Of a DNA stretch of 27,878 nucleotides, positions 26,931-27,878 are shown piece after piece. Under the pieces are notes generated by a model. That model searched no databases, had not been told where the DNA came from, and was given only the letters and a program-made list of their open reading frames with translations. How positions within the stretch are numbered: the first letter of the stretch is position 1; every line of letters starts with the position of its first letter. Where the stretch lies: the NCBI GenBank assembly GCA_050012755.1, contig JBEKGO010000033.1:1-27878 (forward strand), written 5' to 3'. Source of the DNA: Candidatus Bathyarchaeia archaeon (GTDB taxonomy: Archaea > Thermoproteota > Bathyarchaeia > Bathyarchaeales > Bathycorpusculaceae). The position numbers and the translations under genes were made by a program.

Positions 26931-27196
26931 TCAAAATCCTCAACTAACTTTTTTCGAATATAGTCTCGCGCTAACTCCTTTGGCTCTTCAATGGGTCTCT
27001 CTATCTTTACGGAGCCGTACAGCGCCTCAGTCGGCTTATGATATGTCTTAACAGGTACTAGGCAAATACGACCCATGTAATCTGTAATGATAAGGCGAAT
27101 GCCCTCATCTATTCCATATTTTTTCCGAATTTTCTTAGGCAGTATCATACGTCCATATCTGCCAACTTCAACAGACATTTTTCCTATACCTGACAA
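26927..27196 (-). CDS. vapB: AbrB/MazE/SpoVT-type antitoxin
   Basis: VGRYGRMILPKKIRKKYGIDEG. Start may be ATG 27178. Confidence 0.9.
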   Translation of the reverse strand: MSGIGKMSVEVGRYGRMILPKKIRKKYGIDEGIRLIITDYMGRICLVPVKTYHKPTEALYGSVKIERPIEEPKELARDYIRKKLVEDFE

Positions 27197-27416
27197 ATAA
27201 TCAATTAAACGCCAAATATATGTTTTATTGCCAAAAAACAGTTTCGATTCTTAGAGAGTGTATCTTGTTAGCGCTGTTTCGATATTCAACTTAATCACTA
27301 TCTCTTGTGTTACTACTTTATTATTTTGACGAATTAACTAATTAGTATTTTGCTATTTTTTGAATTTAGTGAAGTAGCCTTATTTATCTTATGGACTACA
27401 ATGTTTTAATTAAACT

Positions 27417-27550
27417 TTGGTCTTTGTGCTTCAGTTTGATTCTTTTGTTCAGGATTTGCCACGTTTGAATGTTGCGACTAGATTTGACTGATTTAGGCTC
27501 TTTATGACTTGATTAGACTCTTATTGACTATTTTTGACTGATTCTGACTT
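27417..27550 (-). repeat. single [10-mer array + core] element, AGTC type; core 27476-27417
   Basis: GACT (one GGCT variant) recurs every 10 bp on + at 27476-27549 (8 units). Minus-strand core CGCAACATTC AAACGTGGCA AATCCTGAAC AAAAGAATCA AACTGAAGCA CAAAGACCAA. Confidence 0.88.
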
Positions 27551-27569
27551 ATTCTCTAAATGCTTTGGT

Positions 27570-27800
27570 CAGAGTTTTTGCTGTTTTGCTGAAATTTATG
27601 CTAAAACCCTTAAAATAAAGCGCCAAGAATTGGCTGAACATCAGAGAGCTTTCATTAAAGAGAAAAGCGCTTTAATGTCTCTAAATGAACCTATTGCTTT
27701 GGAATCTGCTAAGATACAGCTCAAAATGGAAAAGGACGTAGAAGGTTGGGAATGAGCTGATGAGCACTTCAAGAAATCAAGAAATGTTAATGGCTTAGCG
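27570..27800 (+). pseudogene. truncated, disrupted VapC/PIN remnant
   Basis: AEIYAK..AFIKEKSALMSLNEPIALESAKI..VEGW* then ADEHFKKSRNV in another frame. It lacks the N-terminal Asp motif and the LADS segment. Confidence 0.65.
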
Positions 27801-27878
27801 ATGCCCCAAACTCCAGAACCCCACTCTTCTCTTGGTTTGTTAGTATGATTGTAGTGTTGGTAATGTGTTTTCGTGTAC

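Noticed and set aside
11661-27550. Classical integron attC sites or MITEs
   Set aside because: No RYYYAAC/GTTRRRY-bounded palindrome, no terminal inverted repeats and no target-site duplications were seen.

Overview
This looks like an archaeal accessory region. It is most likely Bathyarchaeia, inferred from the gene repertoire, archaeal TATA-type promoters and a PEF-CTERM-like sorting signal. The left part (1-11.4 kb) is a surface-glycosylation/envelope locus. It encodes DUF1616, an extended-SDR sugar epimerase, a MOP/Wzx flippase, a GT2 DPM-synthase-like enzyme, a secreted tandem nitroreductase and an Ig-repeat surface protein, and it carries several short scars of duplicated and deleted genes. 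The right part (11.6-27.9 kb) holds five intact type II toxin-antitoxin pairs plus a VapC remnant, three paralogous TasA-like secreted proteins, an atypical class III nucleotide cyclase and several wHTH regulators. The most striking signal is non-coding. There are 18 clear and 2 degenerate copies of an intergenic element: a conserved ~60-bp A/C-rich core, directly preceded by an in-phase array of 10-bp-periodic repeats. The repeated motif comes in about 8 types. The elements occur in shuffled tandem clusters, bracket the TA modules and other cargo genes, and switch strand between 19.7 and 24.2 kb. No integrase, transposase, Cas gene or RNA gene was recognised. All alignments and family calls were made by eye, without database searches.
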